Source: Candidatus Woesearchaeota archaeon (lineage in GTDB: Archaea > Nanobdellota > Nanobdellia > Pacearchaeales > GW2011-AR1). Taken from it: a stretch of DNA of 64,000 nt. Both the position numbers and the translations under genes were made by a program. Positions 48,213 through 57,836 of the stretch are shown one piece after another. The stretch covers positions 343 to 64,342 of the forward strand of contig CAYZVU010000001.1 in assembly GCA_964482075.1 (NCBI GenBank), written 5' to 3'. A model generated the notes under the pieces. That model was not told the origin of the DNA and did not search any database. It saw only the letters and a list, made by a program, of their open reading frames with translations. Every line of letters begins with the position of its first letter. The stretch's first letter is position 1.

Positions 48213-48563
48213 TTATTTTCCATAAGGAGTTAATAATTTTTTTGACGTTTCCCAATATAAATTTTTACAAACAGGTCTTCCATGCCCCATATAACATCTA
48301 TGACTTTCAACTTCTTCAACACATAAATATTTATTATGAGCATTACAAAAAATTCTATCTTGAGTGGCCAATCTTAATATTTTAATTCTTCTTTTCGCAA
48401 TTCTTTTTTGAGTTTGCGTTGAATTAAAATTATTTTTTAATTTTGGGTCAATTATTTCAACTAATTTTGATTCTTTAGGTTTATTCTTTTTCCTAATCCC
48501 AATTTGAATTGGCTTTGTTTTTTCTTGAGGGACTGTTTTTTTCGGTTTTTTACCTCTCGCCAT
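48213..48563 (-). CDS. Hypothetical basic protein with Cys/His cluster (start moved)
   Basis: MARGKKPKK...CNAHNKYLC....HRC.......C. Confidence 0.55.
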   Translation of the reverse strand: MARGKKPKKTVPQEKTKPIQIGIRKKNKPKESKLVEIIDPKLKNNFNSTQTQKRIAKRRIKILRLATQDRIFCNAHNKYLCVEEVESHRCYMGHGRPVCKNLYWETSKKLLTPYGK

Positions 48564-48653
48564 TAAAATTTTTAATATTAAAATAATATAAAAGATTATT
48601 GGTGTTTGAAATAATTTCAAAAACATTTATAAATTGGAAATCTATTTAATTAT

Positions 48654-48881
48654 ATGGTTAAAAAAATACAAGGCAAATCAAAAAAGAAGGTTAATTGGTT
48701 AGCTGCATTATTACTTTCAATATTTTTAGGTGGACTTGGCGTGGATAGATTTATTATGGGACAAGTTGGAATTGGAATTTTAAAATTAATTACTTTCGGA
48801 GGTTGTGGAATTTGGGCACTTATTGATATAATCCTAATTGCCACAAAACACGAATTTGATGGTGTTGAATGGGAATTTTAA
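48654..48881 (+). CDS. TM2-domain protein
   Basis: LLSIFLGGLGVDRF..G..G.GILKLITFGGCGIWALID. Confidence 0.92.
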   Translation: MVKKIQGKSKKKVNWLAALLLSIFLGGLGVDRFIMGQVGIGILKLITFGGCGIWALIDIILIATKHEFDGVEWEF

Positions 48882-49195
48882 AGAACTTTTCTTCAAAAAT
48901 ATTCACATTAAGTTATCCAAAATATAGATTTTTTGTTTTTTTAATTGTTTTAATTTTATTATTTATAATTCCTGTTGAAGTTTTAGAAAATTCTCCTAAT
49001 CTTTCAATTTGTTCAAGAATTTTAGGGGATAAATGTTATTCTGTTGGGATTACCCGAGGAGTTTCAAGTTTACTCAAGGGAAATTTTTCACAAGCATTAG
49101 AATATAATTTTCTTAGCTTTGGTGTTTTATTTATTTTAATTTGTTTTATTATGCATGATTTTTCAAAAACATTTATAAATTGGAAATCTATTTAA
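48869..49195 (+). CDS. DUF2752-like membrane protein
   Basis: IC....G..C...GITRG..SLLKGNF..A..YN; commonly paired with TM2 genes. Confidence 0.75.
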   Translation: MGILKNFSSKIFTLSYPKYRFFVFLIVLILLFIIPVEVLENSPNLSICSRILGDKCYSVGITRGVSSLLKGNFSQALEYNFLSFGVLFILICFIMHDFSKTFINWKSI

Positions 49196-49199
49196 TTAT

Positions 49200-49475
49200 A
49201 TGAGTGAAAGAGTAGAAATATTAATGCGTGTTGTTGTTGCAATTGTTACTGGAGTTATTCTTAGTGTTTGGAAATGGCTTATTCTTGCACTAGGAGTTAT
49301 TAATTGGATTTTCACTTTATTTGCTGGGCGAAGATTAAAAGATCTCGCAGATTTATGTGAAGTTTGGAACACTCAGACGTATATATTTATTAGATATATG
49401 ACTTTAATTACAAATGAAAGACCCTTCCCATTTAGAAGCTTAACAAAAAATATTAGTAAATTTAGTAAGAAATAA
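49200..49475 (+). CDS. DUF4389-like membrane protein
   Basis: INWIFTLFAGRR, RYMTL.TNERPFPF. Confidence 0.75.
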   Translation: MSERVEILMRVVVAIVTGVILSVWKWLILALGVINWIFTLFAGRRLKDLADLCEVWNTQTYIFIRYMTLITNERPFPFRSLTKNISKFSKK

Positions 49476-49478
49476 TTT

Positions 49479-49619
49479 TTATTTTTTCTTCATTAGTTCT
49501 CTTTGATTTAATAACATTAAAATTACTGCAGGAATTATAAAAAGCCAATCAATTGTGAATGCTAAAGCTAAACAAACTAATGCAATTATGGAGAATAAAA
49601 CTACTTTAGGATTTTTCAT
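49479..49619 (-). CDS. Small two-TM protein (46 aa, not in ORF track)
   Basis: MKNPKVVLFSIIALVCLALAFTIDWLFIIPAVILMLLNQRELMKKK; start overlaps the recombinase 3' end. Confidence 0.6.
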   Translation of the reverse strand: MKNPKVVLFSIIALVCLALAFTIDWLFIIPAVILMLLNQRELMKKK

Positions 49620-50385
49620 TGGGTTTTCCTATTTTTTCTAGTTTATTTTGAACGTGATTAAATAATGTTGAGGAAAGTAATGGTTGGTGATTCCCGGGAT
49701 GAATTTGCCCGTCAAATTTGATTTTCCCTAAATAAGTCTGGTTTTTTAGAATCTTTTTCACACCATTTACTGAAAAGCCAAACTTTTTTGAAAGCTGAGT
49801 TAAACTAATTGTTGAATTCAGAAATTCTTGAAAAATTTCCTGAACTTGGTAAGAATGCTCGGCAGGGATAAGCTTTTTCTCTTCTAATCTATACCCAAAT
49901 GGAGCCCTAGTAACTACATCTCCATCTCTTGCCTTTTTATCCATTGCAAACTTTGTTCGTTCCCCAGTCACATTTCTCTCAAATTCTGCGAAAGCAGAAA
50001 TTATATGAAACATTAATTTTCCTGAGGCAGATGTAGTTTCAATTTTATCTTGCAATGAAATAAAATCTATATCCCATTCTTTTAGCTTTTCAATTGTTTC
50101 AATCAAATCTTTTAGTGATCTTGAGAACCTATCCAATTTGTAAATAAAGATTGCTTGGAATTTTCTGAGTTCTGCATCTTCTAAAAGTTGCGTCATTTCA
50201 GGTCTTCCTTTGATATCTTTTGCAGATTTTCCCTCCTCTCTGTAAATTTTTGAAATTTCGTATCCTAAAGCCTTTGCATAATTTTGTAGGGCCTCTTCTT
50301 GGGCTGCGAGAGAAATCCCATGCCTTACTTGCTCTTCTGTTGAAACACGGATATATATTACTGCTTTTGGTTTTTGGTCTATCAT
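49606..50385 (-). CDS. Serine recombinase (resolvase catalytic domain plus short recombinase DNA-binding domain)
   Basis: YIRVSTEEQ, SAK...RPE, KLDRFSR, SAFAEFER, APFGY, ILKNQTYLG; no zinc-ribbon/coiled-coil tail. Confidence 0.94.
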   Translation of the reverse strand: MIDQKPKAVIYIRVSTEEQVRHGISLAAQEEALQNYAKALGYEISKIYREEGKSAKDIKGRPEMTQLLEDAELRKFQAIFIYKLDRFSRSLKDLIETIEKLKEWDIDFISLQDKIETTSASGKLMFHIISAFAEFERNVTGERTKFAMDKKARDGDVVTRAPFGYRLEEKKLIPAEHSYQVQEIFQEFLNSTISLTQLSKKFGFSVNGVKKILKNQTYLGKIKFDGQIHPGNHQPLLSSTLFNHVQNKLEKIGKPNEKS

Positions 50386-50408
50386 TTTCCTCTTTTATAT
50401 AGAAAGGC

Positions 50409-50465
50409 GTGCACTAAGGTTTATAAAACTATAGTTCACGTTCTCTTAGGATGCCCTTGGTGCAC
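50409..50465. promoter_or_regulatory. Inverted repeat around the recombinase promoter
   Basis: GTGCACTAAGG (50409-19) and CCTTGGTGCAC (50455-65), 10/11 complementary, enclosing TTTATAAAA. Confidence 0.65.
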
Positions 50466-50510
50466 ACATTATACACTGAGAATAGAGGTTTTTGGGATTT
50501 AGAGAAAAAT

Positions 50511-50807
50511 TTATCCTAAAGCTTCTATTTCTTGTTCTAAAAGTTGGGCATAATAACCCAAGGCAGTATAAATATTTCCTTCTCCCGGCTCAAAAGTCCT
50601 CTTTAATCTAAATTGTAACTGAGTTAAATAATTGCTATGTGAAACCATTGAATCTGGCCCAGTAATTTTTATTAAAGGTAGAAGCATATTTAATGGACTT
50701 TTTTGAGCTAATTTTTTCTGAAGATCCGAAATCTTCCCCCTTGCTAAGTCAAATGCCACCTCTACATTTGTCTCTGCAAGATTTCCCCATTCTATTGGAT
50801 AACTCAT
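50511..50807 (-). CDS. Hypothetical protein
   Basis: 98-aa ATG ORF with upstream TTTAAA box. Confidence 0.55.
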   Translation of the reverse strand: MSYPIEWGNLAETNVEVAFDLARGKISDLQKKLAQKSPLNMLLPLIKITGPDSMVSHSNYLTQLQFRLKRTFEPGEGNIYTALGYYAQLLEQEIEALG

Positions 50808-50854
50808 GAAAAAAGATAATTTTATTCTTTTTAAAAATATATATCTTAAACCAG

Positions 50855-51511
50855 GTAAATTTTTTGGTAATTTTATTGTGGCCTGCCGGCCTTGTGCACT
50901 TAGGTTGCCTTAGTTATTATATTTTAGAAGATATATAAAAATATAAAAGAATCTAATTTAACTTTGTATGATTAATCCAGAAATTATATCTCTTGGAAAT
51001 GCTGGAAAAATAATAAGAATAATCCCAAATAAAGAAAGTGTTTTTCAAGAAAAGGCTTGGAGAGTATTTATGGGATTAAACCCCGAATGGGTCTATAGAG
51101 CTATGAAAATTGATCAGGGAAAAGTGAAGGATGAATTTAAAAGAAGGGGTTATGAATGGAGAAATTCTGCTAATTATTCTGAGGATTATTGTGCAGCAGA
51201 GGAAGGGGAAAGTGAAGAGTTTTTTACTTTTAGAAAAAATCATGGGGGATTGGCAAAAGCAATCCTACAAATTTGCATGGACCCTGAAGAAGATTTAGAC
51301 TTTTTATTTAAAATATTAAAATACCCAATATATGCTAGAGTTATCTATCTTGATTATAATGAAACTAATATGGACACCCCAAAACAACAAATGGAATTAA
51401 TCTCACTCTGTAAAGAGTATATTGAAATAATTGATGTCTTGATGGAGTAAATTTTTTGGTAATTTTATTGTGGCCTGCAGGCCTTGTGCACTTAGGTTGC
51501 CTTAGTTATTA
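50855..51511 (+). repeat. 65-bp direct repeats (50855-50919 and 51447-51511) flanking one gene
   Basis: GTAAATTTTTTGGTAATTTTATTGTGGCCTGC(C/A)GGCCTTGTGCACTTAGGTTGCCTTAGTTATTA, 64/65 identical. Confidence 0.95.
50968..51450 (+). CDS. Hypothetical protein (repeat-flanked cassette gene)
   Basis: 160-aa ORF; its TAA stop lies at the start of the second 65-bp repeat. Confidence 0.65.
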   Translation: MINPEIISLGNAGKIIRIIPNKESVFQEKAWRVFMGLNPEWVYRAMKIDQGKVKDEFKRRGYEWRNSANYSEDYCAAEEGESEEFFTFRKNHGGLAKAILQICMDPEEDLDFLFKILKYPIYARVIYLDYNETNMDTPKQQMELISLCKEYIEIIDVLME

Positions 51512-51540
51512 GATGTTTAAGGGGTTTTCTTTATTTTAAG

Positions 51541-52140
51541 GTGTTTGGACAGGCTGTTTGTTTGTTTTATCGACGGGAATATTAACTTAAACAAACAGCT
51601 GTTTGAATTAAATTTATCTGCTTTTTGGCTGTTTAAAGGTGTTTGTGAGTGTTTGGACAGGCTGTTTGTCTGTTTTTTTTCTGACAAACAGCTGTTTTTT
51701 AGGGTATTTTTATTAATTTTTAGTAGTAATTTTTTAATTTTATCGACGAGGGAAAAAAGATATCCACGACGTAAACAAAACATTTTTAAACAATGTTTTG
51801 CAGATTATATTATGTTTGGTTGGTTTAATAAAAAAAAAGATGTGGAAGAAGTAAGAGAAGAAACAAAAAAAGGTTTTGAAGCAGTTAAAAAAGATATTGT
51901 TTCTGTTAGTGGCTGGATCAAACACCTTGATTCTGAGAAAAAAATACAAAAAAAGGAGTTACAAGACATAAAAGAAGTTTTATCGACGATTCAAATAGAA
52001 ATGGATGGGCTAAAAAATGTACTTTCTTTGATGAATGAGTTAAATCCTAAACAGGTGTTTAAAACACCTAAGAGGGTGTCCAACAAACAAACAGCTGTTT
52101 ATGCTGTTCAAACAGGTGTTCAAACAGGTGTTCAAACACC
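51541..52140. repeat. Array of AAACAG(C/G)TGTT palindromic and TTTTATCGACG motifs
   Basis: 21-mer GTGTTTGGACAGGCTGTTTGT at 51541 and 51649; AAACAGCTGTTT at 51593, 51686 and 52089; AAACAGGTGTT at 52049, 52110 and 52122; TTTTATCGACG at 51565, 51738 and 51978. Confidence 0.85.
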
Positions 52141-52411
52141 AAATTTAGGCCAATTTTCAATTACTGAAAGAGCAATAATAAGCATCTTATTAAACACAGA
52201 TTTAAAGCTAAGTTATGATGATTTAGGAGCAATGCTTGGAAAAGAAAGATCTACTATAAGAGGCCAAATAAACTCAATAAAACAGAAAAGTGAGATTATT
52301 TCTGAAAAAATAGAGAAAAATGGTAAAAAGAGGGTGTATATAGAGGAAGATATAAAGGAAAAAATACTCAAAAAGTCGAAAGTGAGAGTTAATAGTGCTA
52401 AAAAAAATTGA
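51812..52411 (+). CDS. Coiled-coil plus C-terminal winged-helix DNA-binding protein (start moved to MFGWF)
   Basis: N-terminal coiled coil, QTGVQTGVQT linker, TERAII..LL...LSYDDLG.MLGKERSTIRGQINSI HTH. Confidence 0.8.
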   Translation: MFGWFNKKKDVEEVREETKKGFEAVKKDIVSVSGWIKHLDSEKKIQKKELQDIKEVLSTIQIEMDGLKNVLSLMNELNPKQVFKTPKRVSNKQTAVYAVQTGVQTGVQTPNLGQFSITERAIISILLNTDLKLSYDDLGAMLGKERSTIRGQINSIKQKSEIISEKIEKNGKKRVYIEEDIKEKILKKSKVRVNSAKKN

Positions 52412-52631
52412 AAAAGGTGAAATAAAATAAAAAAAGTTGTTTTTAAATTCTAAAAGTGAGAGTTTTAAACAATAAAAAAGAGTCAGACTCTCTAAAAAGA
52501 GTGTATTAAGGGTAATATCTAAAAAAAGATATAAAAAAGAACAAAAAAAGGGATTAATATCAACTTAAAGTGAGGATAAAAACAAGTTGATAATAGTTTA
52601 AACTATTTATTCGGTTAGGGGAATAACTTAC

Positions 52632-53288
<657 letters not shown>

Positions 53289-53346
53289 TTATTAAATAAA
53301 ATTTAGAAGTATAAAAACTTTCAGATGATAAAACATATCTTTTTGG

Positions 53347-53613
53347 TTATTGTCTATTCTTATATGCAGTATAAGTCTCTTCACTTAATGCCCATCTAGC
53401 CCTTCGAAGATATTGTTTTCCTTTGGGATTTTTATTAATTTTTTTAATTAATTTTTTTGAATTTAAATCAATTAATAATTTTTTAATAAATTCTTCATCT
53501 CTAGCTAACTCTCTTGCTATATGTGATGTAAAAATTGGTTTAGGGGAGATTAAGAATAATGTGGCTAAAATTTGTTCAGATATCTTATCTTTTTTTTCTT
53601 TAGAAATTTTCAT
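53347..53613 (-). CDS. Small winged-helix protein
   Basis: ILATLF...P.FTSHIARELARDEEFIKKLL.DL...LI wHTH pattern. Confidence 0.75.
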   Translation of the reverse strand: MKISKEKKDKISEQILATLFLISPKPIFTSHIARELARDEEFIKKLLIDLNSKKLIKKINKNPKGKQYLRRARWALSEETYTAYKNRQ

Positions 53614-53649
53614 GAATTAAAGAAGTTATTCGGTTTTAAAAAAGTATGT

Positions 53650-54066
53650 CTATTCTTTTTTTTCTGGTGCCTTAAGTGTGGGAAAAGGCACATGATATGG
53701 AAGGTTCATTTCATCTTCTAATTGAAGCGCCTTTATATTGGCTTTTCTAATAATTAAATTAAATAAAGTAATTTTAAAATCATCTTCTAATTCTTTATCC
53801 TTCCACTGTTTTAATACCTCTCTTGATACCTTTGCCTCAACTTCGATCGCTATTGCTCCTGAAAGCTCTATTTTTGCTATTTCTGGTGAATATTCAATAG
53901 TATATTTGAATTTTATTTCTAATAATTCCCCTTTTGGTTTGAAAAACCCAGAATTTGGAGAATTTATTTCAGATATGTCTATACTTGTGTTAATTTTTGT
54001 TTCTCTTGTCGCAGGAGAAAATTTTTCTACACTAATTTTATTAAAACTAAATCCTATTAATTTCAT
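53650..54066 (-). CDS. Hypothetical protein, possible SecB-like fold
   Basis: Four beta-strand pattern (GFSFNKISVEK, IKFKYTIEY, IELSG) then helix and LP..VPFP. Confidence 0.65.
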   Translation of the reverse strand: MKLIGFSFNKISVEKFSPATRETKINTSIDISEINSPNSGFFKPKGELLEIKFKYTIEYSPEIAKIELSGAIAIEVEAKVSREVLKQWKDKELEDDFKITLFNLIIRKANIKALQLEDEMNLPYHVPFPTLKAPEKKE

Positions 54067-54159
54067 TTTAATATTAAAAAAAACTTGTTTTTAAAGATTT
54101 ATATTAATTATTAAATAGGTTTTAAAGAAGAATATTTAAATTAAGTAGAAAGAATGGCT

Positions 54160-54417
54160 TTAAACAAGATCTTCTTCAGAGATAACTAAAAAGTCGCTTA
54201 TAGAGATTATTGCACTATGTGGGACTAATAATTCATTAGTTGATATTTTCTCTAAATTAAGGTTTTTTGTATAAGGTGTCGCATCTTTTAATAAAACGTT
54301 TATTAATTCCCCTGAATTTGTTTCAAATGTTATGTCTTTAACAAACCCCAGTCTCTTACCTTCCTTTGTTACAACCATCTTTCCTATTAAACTATTAAAA
54401 GAATTTTTATCTTGCAT
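54160..54417 (-). CDS. PRC-barrel domain protein
   Basis: LIGKMVVTKEGKRLGFVKDITFE..SGEL, VP.SAI.SISDFLVI. Confidence 0.88.
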   Translation of the reverse strand: MQDKNSFNSLIGKMVVTKEGKRLGFVKDITFETNSGELINVLLKDATPYTKNLNLEKISTNELLVPHSAIISISDFLVISEEDLV

Positions 54418-54516
54418 GATAAATCCAGAAGAAAATAATTTATAAACTTTTCTGTGAATTTATATAGAGTTAAAAGACTCTATGATTGATGATTTTTGGA
54501 CTTTTTGAGTGTGTGT

Positions 54517-54990
54517 CCCCATGATTTCCTATAGAAGTATTTATAAATAAAAATTTTGTTTTTTTTTATTTTTATTTTATTTATATTATTATATATATTA
54601 TAGTATATATATTATATATTATATATAAAATTTAATATTTTTAGATTTTTTTATTAATTTTTTTATTAAAAATATTTTATTTTTATTTTTTAAAAATTAG
54701 ATTTTTTTATTAGATTATATTTATAATTAAATTAAATTATAAATTTTATTTTATTATAAAAAATAAATATAATAATATAAATATTAAGTTAATTTATAGA
54801 TTTAAGGTAATTTTTTAATTTAAATAATATTTAAAAATAATTTTTTAATAAATATCTTAATATAATTCTTTTTTTCCATTGGAAATGTTGGTGTTCTTAT
54901 TTTTTAGTGATTATAATCTTTTATATAATAAATTTTGTTTTTTTCGTTGGGTTATAATTTGTATAACATTTTTCCATAGGAAATCATACT
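54517..54990. other. Probable replication origin (oriC): AT-rich unwinding element with ORB-like boxes
   Basis: About 330 bp almost purely A/T (54539-54873) upstream of cdc6; TTCCATTGGAAA (54874) and TTCCATAGGAAATCAT (54972); inverted copy ATGATTTCCTATAGAA (54521) with an adjacent G-string on the minus strand. Confidence 0.85.
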
Positions 54991-55052
54991 GTGAGAGATT
55001 ATATATTTCATATAACCTAAGAGTTTAAATATGAAACAAAATTTAATTTAAA

Positions 55053-56264
55053 ATGGGGTCGGATCTAGATAATATTTTTGAATCTTTTGATAAAAATAGA
55101 ATTTTTCAAGATAAAATTATTTTACAAGTTCATCATCAACCAGATGAAATTATTCATCGAGGGGATCAGATAAATCAAATTGCATCTATTCTTGCGCCTG
55201 TTTTGAGAGGAGAGAAGCCAAGTAATCTTTTTTTATATGGTAAAACTGGAACAGGAAAAACATTATCTATACAAAAAGTTAAAGAGGAACTTTTGAAAAG
55301 AATGAAACCTGCTGCAGATTTTAAATTGAGGGTGGAATATTTAAATTGTAAATTAAAGAAAGTTTCTGATACAGAATATAGGATTTTGGCAGAGCTTATT
55401 CGAAAGATGGGTGGGATGGTTCCTGCAACTGGGCTTCCTACAGAATCTGTTTATAATAAATTTATAGATATTATTGATAATGAGAAACAAATTGTTGTTT
55501 TGATTTTAGATGAGATTGATCAAACTGTGAAGAAAATTTCAGATAGTTTTCTTTATAATCTTACCAGGTTAAATTCCGAGCTTTCTAAAACTCAGATTTG
55601 TTTAGTTGGGATTAGTAATAATTTAACTTTTTTAGATGAGATTGATCCTCGTGTTAGAAGTTCTTTATCTGAAGAGGAGATTATTTTTCCTCCATATAAT
55701 GCTTTGCAGTTGCAGGAAATTTTGAGTAAGAGGGCTGAGGTTGCCTTTAGAAAGGGTGTATTGCAAGAGGGTGTTATTGCAAAGTGCTCTGCCTTTGCGG
55801 CTCGTGAACATGGGGATGCGAGAAGGGCTTTGGATTTATTGAGGATAGCTGGGGAGTTGGCTGAAAGAAATGATTCTAAAAAAGTTTTATTAAAACATAT
55901 TGATGAAGCAAATAGTAAATTAGAGAGAGATAAAATTTTAGATATTATTCGTACTGAGCCCAAACAGTTTCAGTTGGTTCTTTATTCTATAATGAGATTA
56001 TTAGAAGAAAGTAAAGAAGAGGCAATTTTTACAGGAGATGTTTATAATCATTATCAAGATTTATGTAAAAAGAATAATTGTGAGGTTTTGACTCAAAGGA
56101 GAATGAGTGATATTCTTCAAGAATTTGATATGTTGGGGATAATTAATGTTCGTATTATTTCAAAGGGTCGTGGGGGGAGAATGAGGGAAATTAGGTTGGC
56201 GATTGCGAAAAATCTTGTTGTTCAGGCAAAAAAAATAATTGAAGATTCTTTAAATTATAATTGA
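55053..56264 (+). CDS. cdc6: Orc1/Cdc6 replication initiator
   Basis: HR..QI, LYGKTGTGKT, LILDEID, HGDARRALDLLR, SKGRGGR. Confidence 0.97.
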   Translation: MGSDLDNIFESFDKNRIFQDKIILQVHHQPDEIIHRGDQINQIASILAPVLRGEKPSNLFLYGKTGTGKTLSIQKVKEELLKRMKPAADFKLRVEYLNCKLKKVSDTEYRILAELIRKMGGMVPATGLPTESVYNKFIDIIDNEKQIVVLILDEIDQTVKKISDSFLYNLTRLNSELSKTQICLVGISNNLTFLDEIDPRVRSSLSEEEIIFPPYNALQLQEILSKRAEVAFRKGVLQEGVIAKCSAFAAREHGDARRALDLLRIAGELAERNDSKKVLLKHIDEANSKLERDKILDIIRTEPKQFQLVLYSIMRLLEESKEEAIFTGDVYNHYQDLCKKNNCEVLTQRRMSDILQEFDMLGIINVRIISKGRGGRMREIRLAIAKNLVVQAKKIIEDSLNYN

Positions 56265-56278
56265 ATCTTTGTTTTAAA

Positions 56279-57829
56279 ATGGAAAATAAAGAGATACTTA
56301 AATTTTGTTTACAGAAGGGACTTTTATTAGATGGAGACGCACTTTCTTTGTTTAATGGGTTAAGTGATATTAATTCTGTGAAACTTCTTCTTGAAAAAAT
56401 TAAAATTAATACAGGGGAAAAAATTATTACTCGTGGTCTTTTTGAAAGAAATAGAGAACAATTAAATGAGTTTGTTTTAACTTTACCAGAGGAGAATCAA
56501 AAAAGTTTTGAAAAATTTAAAATTAAATTAGGGTTAAATATAGAGATTTCTCGTGAGGTGTCGTCTGTTATTGAAAATAAGGTTCTTAATGAGACTTCTG
56601 TTTTGGTTTTTTCTGAAAATGTTGTTAAGGGGAAGAAGGTGGTGGTTTCTGATTTTGTAAATTATTTTAGAAATAGGTTTTATGATATGAAAAGTATTTT
56701 ACAAGAAAAACCTGAATTAAATGGATTAACTTCTATAAATAAATTGTCTCGTGATTCTCAAAGTGTTTCTTTAATAGGAATTATTTCAAATAAAACTATT
56801 ACTAAAAATAAAAATATAATTTTTGAAATAGAAGATTTAACTGGGAAAATTAAAGTTTTGGTTAATTGTAAGAAAGAGGCTCTTTTTAAGGAAGCAGAGG
56901 ATATTAGTTTAGATTCTGTTATTGGTTTTAAGGGGTCTGGGAATAGAGAGATTTTTTTTGTAAATGATATTTTTTTCCCTGATGCAGTACTTTCTGAAAG
57001 GAAAAAATCTCTTAAAGATGAGTCTGTTGTTTTTATTGGAGATCTTCATTATGGGAGTAAGCTTTTTCTTGAGGAAAATTTTTTAAAATTTATAGATTAT
57101 CTTAATGGGAATGTTCCAAATACACCAGAGGCTGAAAAAATAAAATATCTTTTTATTGTAGGAGATCTTATTACGGGGGTTGGAAATTATCCTAATCAGG
57201 AGGCTGATTTAAAAGTAGGCGGGGTTGAAGAGCAATTTTCTTGTATCGCAAATTTATTAGGGAAAATTAGAAGTGATATTAAAATTATTATTTCTCCTGG
57301 GAATCATGATTGTGTTCGATTAATGGAGCCTCAGCCTAAAATTAATGAAAAATATGCCTGGCCATTGTATAAGATGAAAAATGTATTTATTACTGAGAAT
57401 CCTTGTAATATTAATATTGGGGCTGTTCCTGGTTTTTCTGGTTTTAATATTTTAACTTATCATGGTTTTTCTTTTTTTTATTATGTTAATAATGTTCAAT
57501 CTTTAATGAGTGTTAAAGCTGCAAGTTCACCTGAATTAATTATGAAATACCTTTTGAAAAATAGACATCTTGCACCATCTCAGGGTTCGACGCAGTATTT
57601 TCCTTTAGAAAAGGATCCTTTTATTATTAGGGATATTCCAGATATTTTTGTTTCTGGGCATACTCATAAAGGGGCTACTTCTTATTATAATAATATTTTA
57701 ATTATTTCTATTTCTTGTTGGGAGGCGATGACTCCTTATATGGAGAAAGTTGGGAGTAAGCCTGATTTTTGTAAGGTTCCTATGTTTAATTTAAAGACGA
57801 GGGAAATTAAAATTTTGGATTTTGAATAA
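56279..57829 (+). CDS. polB: DNA polymerase D small subunit DP1 (start moved)
   Basis: OB fold EIEDLTG; DLHYGS, GDL, PGNHD, YHG, RHLAP, GHTH phosphoesterase motifs. Confidence 0.95.
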   Translation: MENKEILKFCLQKGLLLDGDALSLFNGLSDINSVKLLLEKIKINTGEKIITRGLFERNREQLNEFVLTLPEENQKSFEKFKIKLGLNIEISREVSSVIENKVLNETSVLVFSENVVKGKKVVVSDFVNYFRNRFYDMKSILQEKPELNGLTSINKLSRDSQSVSLIGIISNKTITKNKNIIFEIEDLTGKIKVLVNCKKEALFKEAEDISLDSVIGFKGSGNREIFFVNDIFFPDAVLSERKKSLKDESVVFIGDLHYGSKLFLEENFLKFIDYLNGNVPNTPEAEKIKYLFIVGDLITGVGNYPNQEADLKVGGVEEQFSCIANLLGKIRSDIKIIISPGNHDCVRLMEPQPKINEKYAWPLYKMKNVFITENPCNINIGAVPGFSGFNILTYHGFSFFYYVNNVQSLMSVKAASSPELIMKYLLKNRHLAPSQGSTQYFPLEKDPFIIRDIPDIFVSGHTHKGATSYYNNILIISISCWEAMTPYMEKVGSKPDFCKVPMFNLKTREIKILDFE

Positions 57830-57836
57830 TATAAAA

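Larger units (their letters stand above)
48615..49202 (+). repeat. Perfect 42-bp direct repeat (48615-48656 and 49161-49202) spanning promoter through ATG
   Basis: TTTCAAAAACATTTATAAATTGGAAATCTATTTAATTATATG is identical at both sites. Confidence 0.95.

Noticed and set aside
49606..50385. IS607 element or provirus around the serine recombinase
   Set aside because: No N-terminal MerR-type HTH, no tnpB and no viral genes nearby.
51517..51811. ORF 51517..51783 (-) and the TTG extension of 51545..52411
   Set aside because: These frames stay open because of the repeat array. ATG 51812 has a TTTAAA box upstream and gives a coherent protein.
50855..52140. Possible CRISPR array
   Set aside because: Only two long repeats 592 bp apart and irregularly spaced short motifs; no repeat-spacer periodicity and no cas genes.
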